DNA of 63,612 bases, counting the filler, from Collodictyon triciliatum (taxonomy: Eukaryota), in the NCBI GenBank assembly GCA_043381765.1. It is 18 parts of 18 records of this genome, joined end to end, with 100 filler letters (N's around TTAATTAATTAA, not from the genome) between each part and the next. Parts side by side here need not be neighbours in the genome. Positions count along the whole stretch, not along the records: positions 25,408 to 28,935 come from JBHJMP010007197.1; positions 29,036 to 32,562 come from JBHJMP010007198.1; positions 32,663 to 36,189 come from JBHJMP010007199.1; positions 36,290 to 39,816 come from JBHJMP010007200.1; 14 more parts are not named here. One strand, 5' to 3'. This document shows positions 25,408 to 37,993 of this stretch, one piece after another. The stretch's first letter is position 1, and each line of letters starts with the position of its first letter. Position numbers and translations under genes: made by a program. The notes under the pieces are model-generated. The model did no database searches, was not told the origin of the DNA, and worked only from the letters and a program-made list of their open reading frames with translations.

Positions 25408-28400
25408 TGTGACTTTTTCAGCACATTGGATATGAATGGCCTGAAATAAATGGTCGAAGCAATCATCAGAAACAGCAGCCACAAACCAAAGTATATTTGT
25501 AGCGAAGCAGGAAAGAACGTGCTTATCATCACAATGACCAACTTTTGCATCATCAGGACGACCTCCCAGTATTGGCACTTTTCAGTATATCCATCAATCA
25601 AAAATCTGAAGAGTGCGTATGTTTTCGAAGTAGGATTCGCCAGTGCTGTTCTTTTGCGAATGATTCTGACTAAAATTAAGAGCGGTCCGCCGATACAATA
25701 GGCAAAAAGGAAAACAAAAGAAATATTTCTCCAAAATTTGTAAGTTTCATCTTCGCATAAAATCGACATATCAGCTTTCAGATATCTTATATCTCCGAGT
25801 TTTTCACATGGAAATATTTGTGCAATGCTTGATGTGATTGAAGGATGGACAAAAAACAGCATAACCAGCATCGAGTACATAATTTCTTCCCGAAAATGAT
25901 TAAGTTTAAAATTATTTCTTGAAATCTCGTTTTTGTAAAGTCTCCTCAACTCTTTTATCAAAACAAAAAATTACATGATTACTGTCAATACTACTGGACT
26001 CAACATTGTGAACAATAATTTTTCATGCACTGACATTTCTATTTGGCATTCTATCGGATAGCTGTCTATTGAAAGAGAAAATGAAAACAGGGCTGGGATT
26101 TTCATAGCTGAAATTATGATTGAGCTCCATTTTGCATCAAAGTTCGCCAAATATGACAAAACTTGGAAATGTGTGGAGAGTGATTTCAGAATTTGAATAT
26201 TTCCTGTCCTCGTCTGTCTTGATTGCTCTATCATGAAGAAAACGAAGGCAAGTGGAATAAAAAAGCTCAGGAAAATCAAGAATATGTTCACTCCTTTTGG
26301 TGGGCATTTAGTGCAGTAATATCCAGTTTTCCCGTATCCATTATCACAAACACTACATAATGGCCCAGTGTATCCATCAGCACAAGTTTTGTTTCCTCCG
26401 TTACATGCGTTCTCATTCAAGCATTTGTAAGCGATATATTCTCCATTTTTAGTTTGAGTCTGCCAATATCCAGGGGCAACTGTTGGTTGACTGGTCCCTA
26501 CACATTCAAATCCCTCAGGGCATGTTTTACAATATTTTAGTCCATAATCATCGCTATATGTATCTGAAGGACATTCGTAGCAGTTTCCTTGCTTTTCATA
26601 CCATCCAGGTTTGCATTCACAAGTAGAATTTCTCAACTCAAATCCCGTTTTGCATTCACAATCGGTTGAATAAATAGAGCCATTGTTTTTTGTCGTAAAT
26701 TTATCACCACAAGATAGGCAGAAATTCGTGCTGTTTGTTGATTTGTATGAGCCAAGTCTGCACGAAACACATTCACTTCCATCCTCAAATTTTCCTGGAG
26801 GACATGTGCAAATAGCATCATATGACACATAAGTATCTAAGCACTTGCAATCATCGATTGATTTGGAGCCTTCTTTCATCGTGGTTGAGCGTGTGGGACA
26901 TAAGCTGCATGATGCGCTTCTTTCTGAGCTGTAGCTCCCATTCGGACATGAGGTGCATGATGATTGATTGAATGAGCCAGTTTTATTGTTGAATGTGCCA
27001 GCTGGACATGACGTGCATGATGCTTGACCATCTTTATCATTCCAAGTACCTTGTGGACATTCAATACATGATTTGTTTCCATATGAGCCGAAGTTTGAGT
27101 TGAATGTGCCTTTTGGACAAGCATGGCATGATTTTGAGTCTTTACTGATTCCTTCTTTTTGATAGAATCCTGATAAGCATAAATTGCATGATGAGCTTCC
27201 TGGTGAGCTGTAGCTTCCGTTCACACATGATATGCATGACAATCGATTCAATGAACCAGTTTTATTGTTGAATGTACCAGTGGGACATGATGTGCATGAT
27301 GCTTGGCCATCTCTATCATTCCAAGTACCTTGTGGACATTCAATACATGATGTATTTCCATATGAGCCGAAGTTTGAGTTGAATGTGCCTTTTGGACAAG
27401 CATAGCATGATTTTGAGTCTTTTTTTATCCCCTCTTTTTGATAGAATCCTGATAGGCATAGACTGCATGATGCGCTTCTCTCTGAGCTGTAGCTTCCATT
27501 TGGACATGAAATGCACGATGATTGGTTATATGAGCCAGTTTTGTTGTTGAATGTACCAGCGGGACATGATGTGCATGATGCTTGACCATCTCTATCATTC
27601 CAAGTGCCTTGTGGACATTCGATACATGATACGTTTCCATATGAGCCGAAGTTTGAGTTGAATGTGCCTTTTGGACATGCATAGCATGAGCTTGAGTCTT
27701 TTATGGTACCTTCTTTTTGATAGAATCCTGATGAACAAGAGCTGCATGATAAGCTTCTCTCTATGCTGTAGCTTCCGTTTGGACATGAAATACATGATGA
27801 TTGATTGAATGAGCCCGTTTTGTTGTTGAATGTACCAGCGGGACATGATGTGCATGACGTTTGACCATCTCTATCATTCCAAGTACCTTGTGGACATTCG
27901 ATACATGATTTGTTTCCATATGAGCCGAAGTTTGAGTTGAATGTGCCTTTTGGACATGCATAGCATGAGCTTGAGTCTTTTGTGATTCCTTCTTTTTGAT
28001 AGAATCCTGATGAACATAAACTGCATGAAGAGCTTCTTTCTGAGCTGTAGCTTCCGTTTGGACATGAAATACATGGTGATTGATCAAATGAGAAAGTTTG
28101 ATTGTTAAATGTACCAGCTGGACACGATGTGCATGATGCTTGACCGTCTCTATCATTCCAAGTACCTTGTGGACATTCAATACACGATTTGTCTCCATAT
28201 GAGCCGAAGTTTGAGTTGAATGTGCCTTTTGGACATGCATAGCATGAGCTTGAGTCTTTTGTGATTACTTCTTTTTGATAGAATCCTGATGAACATAAAC
28301 TGCATGAAGAGCTTCTTTCTGAGCTGTAGCTTCCATTTGGACATGAAATGCACAATGACTGATTGAATGAGCCAGTTTTGTTGTTGAATGTACCAGCTGG

Positions 28401-28935
28401 ACACGATGTGCATGATGCTTGACCGTCTCTATCATTCCAAGTACCTTGTGGACATTCAATACATGATTTGTTTCCATATGAGCCGGAGTTTGAGTTGAGT
28501 GTGCCTTTTGGACAAGCATAGCATGAATTTGAGTCTTTTTTGATTTCTTCTTTTTGGTAGAATCCTGATAAGCATAAGCTGCATGAAGAGCTTCTTTCTG
28601 AGCTGTAGCTTCCATTTGGACATGAAATGCATGATGATTGGTTGAATGAGCCACTTATATTGTTGAATGTACCAGCTGGACACGATGTGCATGATGCTTG
28701 ACCATCTCTATCATTCCAAGTGCCTTGTGGACATTCAATACATGATTTATTTCCATATGAGCCGGATATTGAGTTGAATGTGCCTTTTGGACATGCATAG
28801 CATGAGCTTGAGTCTTTTATGATTCCTTCTTTTTGGTAGAATCCTGATAAGCATAAGCTGCATGAAGAGCTTCTTTCTGAGCTGTAGCTTCCATTTGGAC
28901 ATGAAATGCATGATGATTGGTTGAATGAGCCACTT
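25408..28935 (-). CDS. Cys-rich (GCC2/GCC3, ephrin-receptor-like) repeat surface protein with multi-pass TM C-terminus; one in-frame TAA at 25971-25973; truncated at both contig ends
   Basis: CxxCPxGTF units, then CADGYTGPLCSVC, then TM segments (HFQVLS, YLKADMSILC, YWEVVLM, RPF). Both ORFs on the track share one frame. Confidence 0.85.
26900..28935 (-). repeat. Coding tandem repeat, 279 bp (93 aa) x about 7
   Basis: Near-identical units; for example gagccactt recurs 279 bp apart. Confidence 0.9.
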
Positions 28936-29035
28936 NNNNNNNNNNNNNNNNNNNNNNNNNNNNNNNNNNNNNNNNNNNNTTAATTAATTAANNNNNNNNN
29001 NNNNNNNNNNNNNNNNNNNNNNNNNNNNNNNNNNN

Positions 29036-29185
29036 GAAGAGAAGAGAAGAGAAGAGAAGAGAAGAGAAGAGAAGAGAAGAGAAGAGAAGAGAAGAGAAGA
29101 GAAGAGAAGAGAAGAGAAGAGAAGAGAAGAGAACCAAGGAAGTCGCCTTCGCCTCTAGGACAAAAATCAGTTGCGGACGAGGCAG
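29036..29185 (-). mobile_element. Retroelement family D fragment running into (TCTTC)n
   Basis: Minus-strand ttgtcctagaggcgaaggcg matches the TSD-flanked insertion at 46408-46498. Confidence 0.6.
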
Positions 29186-30001
29186 CGAGAAACTCGGAAT
29201 TGTGTAATTTAAGTTTTATGTTTTATGTTGCTTTCCTTGTTATAAAAATTAGCATTTTTCCATTTTATGTATAACCTTCAAAATAATAAATTGACCTATA
29301 CAAAAGCTTTTAAAATATATTCCAGATATGATTTTTTGATATAATCTTTCTTTTATGCATACTACTCTTTCATTTGTAAAATAAATCGGGTTAGAATGTA
29401 AGTATCATAACCACTCTACACCCACGACAGACTTCGCTTTTGGCGCTCGTGCCAACTATCTTTTTTTCAACCACCAAGCAAGTATTCCGAGGTAAAAAGA
29501 AAAGTGACGGAGGATGTGCCATCAGAGGAGTATGTAGATGGGGAATAGAGAAAGGAGAGAAAAGAGGATGAAGAGGAAGAGAAAAGGAAGTAAAGACCCT
29601 GAGGCTTGATAAGAGGCCCAGGGATTCCTTTCAGGATAGGACTTGTGGTGAAGTCCTTGGGAGAGGGAAAGTAGTGGGCTTGATTGTGTTTAGAGGGGAT
29701 TGAAAGAGGATGGGAATACTACTTCGGTGGCGCAAGGTGTTGAAAGGATGGTGGACAGGAGAAGTTCGCATTGAGTTAGAAAAGCACTAGGTCGAGTGCA
29801 AAGACAACTTCTCTGCATAGTTTACGCACTTCCTTCCACACCACAGAGTGGTCTTTAGAGTATGTTTGTTGCATTTGGGATAACCACTCTTCATTACATT
29901 CTGACTTAAGTGCGCCAAACCACAGAAGACAAAGTTTTTTATTTCCAAGCATCAAGCACGACTCCTTCCGAAAGAAAAACAGAGAGGTGAAGACACAGAA
30001 T

Positions 30002-31978
30002 ATGGAAGCAGGTTTCGCATCCGACATAGCCGATCAGCCTATTTTCAAACTAACGATTGAAAACGGCGATCAGCCGAATGGCTCTTCGCTTATAAACCAG
30101 AGAGTGGAAACAGAAGCTAAGTCTCCCGGGGAGGCCTCGCCAAGTACTCAGCGTTCAGCTTGGATCACCCCAAAGTCGAGCGAGAGGCACGATGAGAATT
30201 GCCCGTCGATCCCAGAAGACGGTCAAAGGGAAAGTGCTTCTAAGGCGCAAGGTACTAAGCATTCTGGAAGGATTTGCATTCGCCAAAAGATCAAACTTGT
30301 GGAGCGTAGAAAAACTCTATTATCCGTGGCTATACCAAACCGAACCTTGTTCCATACTCTTCTGACAGTCTACAAACATCGCATAACCACGGCTATTATA
30401 ACTCTACTTTGGTTACTGAGTACATTTTTTTTTGTGGGTAGCTGCTTGAGGTTAAATAGCCTTCCCCCTAAAATTTACATTACTTGCCAGCTCACTTACA
30501 CGGCCAATTTTGTTTTACATCACTCCATTTTTATTAGAGTAGATATCGTCAAGGAACTTTTGAGGTCGTTTAATTTTTGGTACACAGTGTGGAATATATT
30601 CCTTTATCATACTTGCTTTCTGTTACTTTGGGGAGTCGATCCGTATGCAATCTGTGCAGTTGTACACTCATTTTCTGGGATACTATTACTTTGCTTGTAT
30701 GACACTCACTCGGCAAACCACTTGGTCACAATGAGGATATCGGTAGTGATCGGAATATTATCCATTATTCCAGTCTTGTTCATAATGGGATTTCGCCTGG
30801 TGGATTTTCAAACTGAAAACTTCTCATACAAGAAAACTGAGTTTAACATCATAGATATCCGTCTGCAAGCGATTGAAAGTCTATCTACATTGCTAATGTA
30901 TCTACTTCGTATAGGGTTCAATCATATTGTTCTGAAGAAGAGGGATGTTATTGCATTCCTATCTGAGTCCTATGAATTTACTACTAGTGGCAGAGGCAGA
31001 CAAAAAAGGGAGACAAATGGAAAATTAATACGTGTAAAATCCCTAAATTTGAATGAAAGTGACAGAAAAAATCAATCAACCATGATGGACTCATGGCCGG
31101 TTATACCTGGTTCAATGGTTCAAGGAGATATGCAATTACCCCGAAGCCACCAAATGATCCAGGTTGTAGATAATCATCCATCTGATCTTTCGGATGATAT
31201 TGCCAGGCGTATCAGAAGAGGAGAAATTGACCCAACCAAATTCTTGGTGATTGGTATAGTGGATACAAAAGTTATCAATTACGAGTCACACTATACATTA
31301 TTCCATCTTTACATAGAGGAGAAGTATCCACGAGTGAAGATGATAATAGAATCGGCGATTTATTCTAGATGTGGATTTACTTCTTGTATCTTTTCAACGT
31401 TTATATCCTTTCCATTAGCGGCAGGAATTGTCACACACCCAATTTTTCGTTTAGCAGCATTATTAATTACGTTTTTAGCGATCGTGTATATAACATCACA
31501 GATAATTCTTGCCAGCAACATCTCTATGATGCACAATATATTGAGATCATTCGACTTTTGGTTTGTAATCTTCATCATTTCTAAAATATTAGTGACTTCT
31601 GCGTTGCTCTGCAACTTTGATTTAAGAACTATATTTTGGATTTTCATCATCATTACAGTAATTTGGTTTATGATGGCCGATGCATTTCAAGTTGAAATGA
31701 GAAAATCTTCTTACATATCGGTTCTCGGAATTACTTGGATGATACTCATGACCGCATTTTGTAAATTGAGAATTGGTGAAACATTCACAATTGATAAAAA
31801 TGCGGCCTTCGGAGGGCCTCAGTTTGTTTCTTCTCGCGTAATCCTGTCATCATCAACATTTTCAACTGGGATTTTTGCCTTTCGATTCTTCTGGAGTTTC
31901 TTCCACAACAATAATCGCATAATATTCACAACTGAAAATGTTGCTGTTAGAGATATAAGCTGCTGCTTCGAAGAATAA
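30002..31978 (+). CDS. Intronless multi-pass membrane protein with two homologous TM halves
   Basis: ORF of about 658 aa from the ATG. The motif ELLRSFNFWY / NILRSFDFWF occurs twice. Confidence 0.8.
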   Translation: MEAGFASDIADQPIFKLTIENGDQPNGSSLINQRVETEAKSPGEASPSTQRSAWITPKSSERHDENCPSIPEDGQRESASKAQGTKHSGRICIRQKIKLVERRKTLLSVAIPNRTLFHTLLTVYKHRITTAIITLLWLLSTFFFVGSCLRLNSLPPKIYITCQLTYTANFVLHHSIFIRVDIVKELLRSFNFWYTVWNIFLYHTCFLLLWGVDPYAICAVVHSFSGILLLCLYDTHSANHLVTMRISVVIGILSIIPVLFIMGFRLVDFQTENFSYKKTEFNIIDIRLQAIESLSTLLMYLLRIGFNHIVLKKRDVIAFLSESYEFTTSGRGRQKRETNGKLIRVKSLNLNESDRKNQSTMMDSWPVIPGSMVQGDMQLPRSHQMIQVVDNHPSDLSDDIARRIRRGEIDPTKFLVIGIVDTKVINYESHYTLFHLYIEEKYPRVKMIIESAIYSRCGFTSCIFSTFISFPLAAGIVTHPIFRLAALLITFLAIVYITSQIILASNISMMHNILRSFDFWFVIFIISKILVTSALLCNFDLRTIFWIFIIITVIWFMMADAFQVEMRKSSYISVLGITWMILMTAFCKLRIGETFTIDKNAAFGGPQFVSSRVILSSSTFSTGIFAFRFFWSFFHNNNRIIFTTENVAVRDISCCFEE

Positions 31979-32187
31979 ATGCTTTTTTCATATTTTCATT
32001 TTTCTATATTTCTATTTTGCAGTTTGTTGTTTGTACTTTTCGCTTCACGTGTAATAGAAGCATCCCGCAAAAGAATACACTCGCCAAGCAGATAAGCAGC
32101 AACGGGGTCAAGGAAGCCAAGGCCAGACAACAACAGAATCCGAAAGACTCACAGCAGATACGCGCATACAGCGACAGCGACGATGGC

Positions 32188-32562
32188 ATGGAAGGAAATC
32201 TCGGTTCCTCTTCAGAATCCTCGCACTCGAGCCCTCCACCGCCAACACCGGACAAGCCCGTACATCGCAAGACCCAAGAGCAGCGCATCTCCAAACCCCG
32301 AAAGAAATCCCCCCTTAAACTACCCATTCAGACTGACGTGAATATGGTTAACATAGGAGGCCTCAAGGCAGTCTTCGTTACTTATCCGAAAGGATACTCC
32401 AAAGCGAAGGCAACACAAGAACCAGCGCCCACCAAAGATAGTCCGTTTACCCTGCCCCAGCCCGTCGCACCGAGAACCAAGGAGCAAGAGCAAACAGCAC
32501 AAGTCGAATCCAAGCTTGGAACTTCACACACCAAAGACAGTCCGAGCAAGCAGGAGCGTATG
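32188..32562 (+). CDS. Pro/Ser/Lys-rich ORF, 5' part only (host gene or retroelement ORF1)
   Basis: Open, GC-elevated frame running to the contig end. No recognisable domain. Confidence 0.35.
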
Positions 32563-32909
32563 NNNNNNNNNNNNNNNNNNNNNNNNNNNNNNNNNNNNNN
32601 NNNNNNTTAATTAATTAANNNNNNNNNNNNNNNNNNNNNNNNNNNNNNNNNNNNNNNNNNNNATAAAATAAAATAAAATAAAATAAAATAAAATAAAATA
32701 AAATAAAATAAAATAAAATAAAATAAAATAAAATAAAATAAAATAAAATAAAATAAAAGTATTTGTTAGATTAATATGGTTTATTTCAATACATGATTTT
32801 TTTTTCCGTAATCATCTCCACACATCTTAACACCCGTGCCAAATGTCACTTTAGTTAACCTAAACTTTCTCTATCCGCGTTGTGTGTGTCTGTGTTTTAA
32901 CACCAATAG

Positions 32910-35900
32910 AATCAAATAAATTGAAGTTAGTGCAAGCTTCAGTTGTTAAAAACTTGCTTGATATGCTCCCGCGAGTAACTGCGTCAAATAACAGGACATT
33001 GAATCTGAGCTCGATTAATGCTTTGGCAACCCTGGGTAACTAGTTCTCTCATAAATATATTTTTTTTTAGTCATGTTCCCATTGAATCTCTTACAGGGTA
33101 TCTCATTCCTATAATGTAATTTCCTATAACAAATAAGATAAAACGCAACATAGATGAAGTTAAGTTGCGAGTTTTGGAGAGCGGGGGAATAGAATCAATC
33201 CTCAAGATCATGTCCACTGGAACAGAAGAAGAATACTTTTATTGCCTTGGATGTCTAACAACTCTGTGCCTCCATGGTAAGTATGATGCTCGAAACTTTG
33301 CGACATACGTACTTATCTAAGAGATATGCACATATCAACATAAAAAATTATATGTGAATAAATTCAGATCAAGTCAAAGATCGCTTGGCTATGTCGGGTC
33401 TTACTCAAATAGTGGAGTCTCTTACGGCACCAAATCCGGAGGCACACAAGCTTGGGGCCTTTATAGTTTCGCATCTCGCCATGAAGGGTTCTATTCTTTT
33501 AATTATACATTTACAAAATTTCTCCATGATCAAAATAAACGATACCACTAACAATCACAACAATAAAATAAAAGCAAGAATTAATACAAAAATACAATAT
33601 TATTTATACCATTTGATAAGTTTAGTATTGAAAACGAACATAAATTCATACTTGAAATTAGTTGACCTACAGCCAAAACTTATCGACGGTGGCATACTCC
33701 CCCCTCTGTTAAATATAATAAAAACGGAGGTTAATCCGAACAAAATCCAGGCACTCACATGCATCACCAACCTAGCCGCGATGAACGGTATCACCATCAC
33801 CATCACCATCACCATCACCATCACCATCACCATCACCATCACCATCACCATCACCATCACCATCTATCTTGTTTCTAATTATTCCATCAATAACTTTAAA
33901 TGATGAATACTTGTATTTCAGTATTATTTCAAACTTCACGGAGAGCATTTATTATTCATAACATACGGGATATTTAATGAACTCATATCACTCATGTAGA
34001 GACAAATCAAAAGAAAATGATCCAGAGTGGGGTTCTTGATGCCCTTAGTTCGATTGTTTCGGTGGAGGATGAGCAACTCCAGATAAGAATACTGGCTGTG
34101 ATTTGTAACCTTGCAACTAGCGGTAATCCAAAATCTGCCATCTAATATATATTCGCGCACAAAATCACATAAACTTTTATGCTATCTGGGTGCGAACTCA
34201 TCCTATAGGGGAGAACCGAATCAAGATTTCAGATGCAGGATTGATCGATCTTCTGATAAGGAACTTGAAATCAGAATCGATTGAAATTCAATTCAGATCG
34301 TGTGTTGCCATCGCCAACCTAGCACAAGAAGGTGACTCACCTGTGATAGAAATGTGTAACTTTATCTCTATGTTGTCTCTCGATTACACACAATCCCATT
34401 TTCAACACGTTATTTTTCCCCTACCAAATGGCTTTTTCTGATGTATTGTACTGTACTGTACTGTACTATTTTCTTCACTATCTGGTTGTATATTTATACT
34501 GTTAAATGCTAGAAACTGGAATCATAAAGGAGGTCCTTGCACAAAAAGGGGCGCTGCCTCCTTTGGTCAATAATTTGTATAGTCAATCTGCTGATGTCAT
34601 AGCCATGGCTGCAAACGCGCTCGGCGGTATCTGCATCTCTCATGGTATGTACTATCAGCCATATCTTCATTTTGAGGTATGATGGCGATGTGATGTGCAT
34701 ATTCTACCAAAAGATTATAACTGACATGGTGCGCAACATAGCCCAAAACATCGAGCTCTTGGTTAAGTCAGGCGTGATGGAACCTTTATCACGACTCACC
34801 TCATGCAACACTGAACAAATATTGCGTCATGTTTCACGGTTGCTTGCGGCAATAGCAATCAATGGTTCGTATACTATGATTAATCATGTGACGGAACATA
34901 TAATTTATTCTTTTATGGCGTGTTTCGTTTATGAAACACATATTTGCACTTCTGTTGCAATAGAACCCACCCAAATGTACTTTTTTGGCCACCAACTACC
35001 GGAGGGATGCCTTGCCATGGGAAAATTCCCTAATAAGGAGATTGCACAATGCGCCATTGCGACAATTGCTCACTTGACACAACACGGTAACATCAATCGA
35101 TCCATTAGATTGGCACAAAGAATTTTTATCCTAGTAAATCGCTATCATTTTCTTTCATATATTTTGTATATATACATTACTTGATATTAACACGCGTTGG
35201 TTCATTCCTTCCGACTAACATACCGCGAATGCCATACTAAATTATGTAGATGAAATCAGAGCCAAACTCATTCGAGAGGGCGGTGTCCGAATATTTGTCG
35301 AGATTCTTGGCCTTCCGATTCTCGAAGAAGACAGAGACACATGTCTATACGCTATTTGGGGATTTGCTAACATCGCCGCCGACGGTAAAAAAATAAAATA
35401 AAAAATGGATGTGATGCGCTTTGCCAAGAACATTTTCTTTGTTACAGAATCTCATAAAAAGAGCTTTCAATGAGACTTCACTCTCTTAGCTGTAACATGT
35501 ATGTTTTTAACCACTATATTACACATTACATGACAATATGTTTTGATATCTAGAAATAGGAAAAGCAAACCTAAATCAGCAAGGAGTTGTTCAGAAGCTC
35601 AAACAATTTAAAAATAATGGAGATTTGCTTGTAAATTGTGAAGCTGCCAGGGCGTTGACCAATCTAGACTTGGACGGTAAAAGCCTACTTTACTAAAAAA
35701 AGAAAAAAGAAAAAAATTCATATCGTGACGTGAGTAGTGCAAATTATTCAAAAAAAAAAAACAAAACAAAAAGTCTTCTTTAAAAGAACCTATATATTTG
35801 GAGCTTGCATTCATAACGGAAATGAATATCATAGAAAATGAAGAGGACGAAGAATGGCAAAATGAAACCCAGGACTTGGGACAGCACGCCGTTCCCTTCT

Positions 35901-36057
35901 CTGAAATTGTTTTCGGAGACCGTATCGGGATGGGCGGGTTTGGAGAAGTATACAAAGGAACATTTAGAGGGTCTATTGTTGCCATCAAGAAGCTGCTTAA
36001 GCAAGACATGGATAAGCAAGACTTGAACGACTTTGTAGATGAAGTGCGTTTAATGAG
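32910..36057 (+). CDS. Armadillo-repeat TKL (Raf-like) protein kinase, partial; 11 ARM exons plus kinase N-lobe exon
   Basis: ARM repeats (GGILPPLL, GALPPLV, AIANLA), then IGMGGFGEVYKG..VAIKKL..FVDEVRLM. Phase-1 GT-AG introns. Confidence 0.9.
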
Positions 36058-36308
36058 GTGATAATCAAGTTTAATTCATATCCTCTAATAATAATAAATA
36101 ATAATAAATAATAATAAATAATAATAAATAATAATAAATAATAATAAATAATAATAAATAATAATAAATAATAATAAATAATAATAAATNNNNNNNNNNN
36201 NNNNNNNNNNNNNNNNNNNNNNNNNNNNNNNNNTTAATTAATTAANNNNNNNNNNNNNNNNNNNNNNNNNNNNNNNNNNNNNNNNNNNNCAAATATTGTG
36301 GCTCATAG

Positions 36309-37025
36309 GTTATTTGATTCTGGTGGCTAAGGTTGGCTCTGGTGGCTTAGAGACCTTTGATCTCCTCTATTACACAAGCATCATTTCTATTCCGTTTTTA
36401 TTCATTATCACACTTTTGACTGGGGAGCATAATTTAATTGCAAGCTACGAAGGATGGTCAGATGCCGGGTTTCAGGTTCTAAATAACTCTTCCAAAAACA
36501 ATTTTTTAAACTAGATTACTCATATTCCTCTATTATTCAACTTGATAACCCTGTACTCAAATCACATAAAAAGTATTGGTTTCTGGAACTGAGCTCTTCT
36601 GACTTTGTCGCATTGTGTATAGTTCTGTCTGATATTCACAATTACTCAAGGAGCTCTGCTTAATTTTACATTATTTTATTGCACAACAATCAACTCTGCG
36701 CTGACCACTACAATTGTTGGTAAGAAAATAGCGTACATATCAATTTCGCTTTTTTGCACAAAAATAAAACTAATGCAATGACTAACTTCTATGCTGAGAG
36801 ATATATATTTCCATTCACTCCCACATTCATTTGCCAGGCCAACTCAAAGTTATTGTCTCCACCGCTATTGGCCTTTTCACTTTTGGGGGAGCTGACTTGG
36901 ACACACAAGCATATATCGGTCTTCTCGTGAACACGATTGGTGGTGTTTACTACTCTTATGCCAAATACCAAGAGAAGCACCAGAAGCAAGCTGCGGCCAA
37001 GACTCAAGAACATCACGCAGCTTAA
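36309..37025 (+). CDS. Nucleotide-sugar transporter (SLC35D-like), last 3 exons
   Basis: LLYYTSII, CTTINSALTTTIV|GQLK and GGVYYSYAKYQEK. Confidence 0.85.
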
Positions 37026-37529
37026 CATCATGCACCCGTTTCTTCCAATCTCCTGCCTAAGCCCTCTGCTGCCTTTTCTTTTGATTTTACCCAACATTTA
37101 GTCTACATGCAAGAGACATCTGATTCTGAATCAAAAAAAAAAAAACACTCTTCAGATCGGGTCCTCTTAGCTCCAGAGATAAAATGGCGATTAATGACAC
37201 ATGCAAAAAGAAAAGTGTATGCATACTTGGAGCTCGCTGGACTCTGGATAGACAAATGTACTGAATCAAATCACTGGCGAAATATATATATGACTGAATA
37301 CTACCTACCGGAAAACACATCAGAGAATACCCACCAAAAATCTCACAGCGCAGCCAGTTCTACAGTTTCCGCCACCAGTGCAATGGGCCTAGAGCGAACA
37401 CAATTCCAGAAAGCCTCGTGCAAGGGAGGCATCCGAATATTTGAGAGTATGCTGCATTGTTGCGCGATGTTGAGCAAGTTCATGGTAACAAGAGCAGGTT
37501 TCGCAGACTGTCAGATGCGCTCGCCCTTT

Positions 37530-37575
37530 TTTCGTTTTTTTATTTTATTTTATTATTCTTCCTTTCAATTTTCAA
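37530..37575 (-). mobile_element. Family B 3' end remnant
   Basis: Minus strand reads aaaattgaaaggaagaataataaaa followed by an A-rich tail. Confidence 0.5.
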
Positions 37576-37993
37576 GGCGAGTTTTGATATCTTTCTCGGT
37601 CTCTTTCCATATCTTTCTGCTCACAGGGTCTAAACCTCCGAATATATAGATACAACTCACAAGTGCTTTCGTTGAACACAGCATGCAAACGATGTAAATA
37701 TATATAGAAGGAAAAGATGGATATTCATACCATTAATATACTCTAATTACGGAATTTAAATATATTACCTCAATTATGAGTATATATTGATAACGTAGTA
37801 TTGATTCATTCAGTAAGACTAATATAACACGAATATGTGCAATTATTGAAAGCTATCATGACAACCGCACTTCAGTATTGCCCACAGAAGCGTTGATTTC
37901 CTTTTTCTTTGAGCCGCCTAAGAACAAACACAAACACACGTCTCTCAATAAACGCTTCTTTTTTTGTGTTTTCTTCGCGGATCCCGCAGAGTC

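Noticed and set aside
25971-25973. TAA reassignment (ciliate-type genetic code)
   Set aside because: REXO2, SLC35D, ycf21 and the 30002 ORF end in TAA, and other conserved exons have no in-frame TAR.
29580-29960. Possible LINE 3' remnant on the minus strand
   Set aside because: No second copy or diagnostic motif in the window.
37107-37520. 180-aa ORF
   Set aside because: No recognisable domain; probably a decayed element, which cannot be supported from sequence alone.
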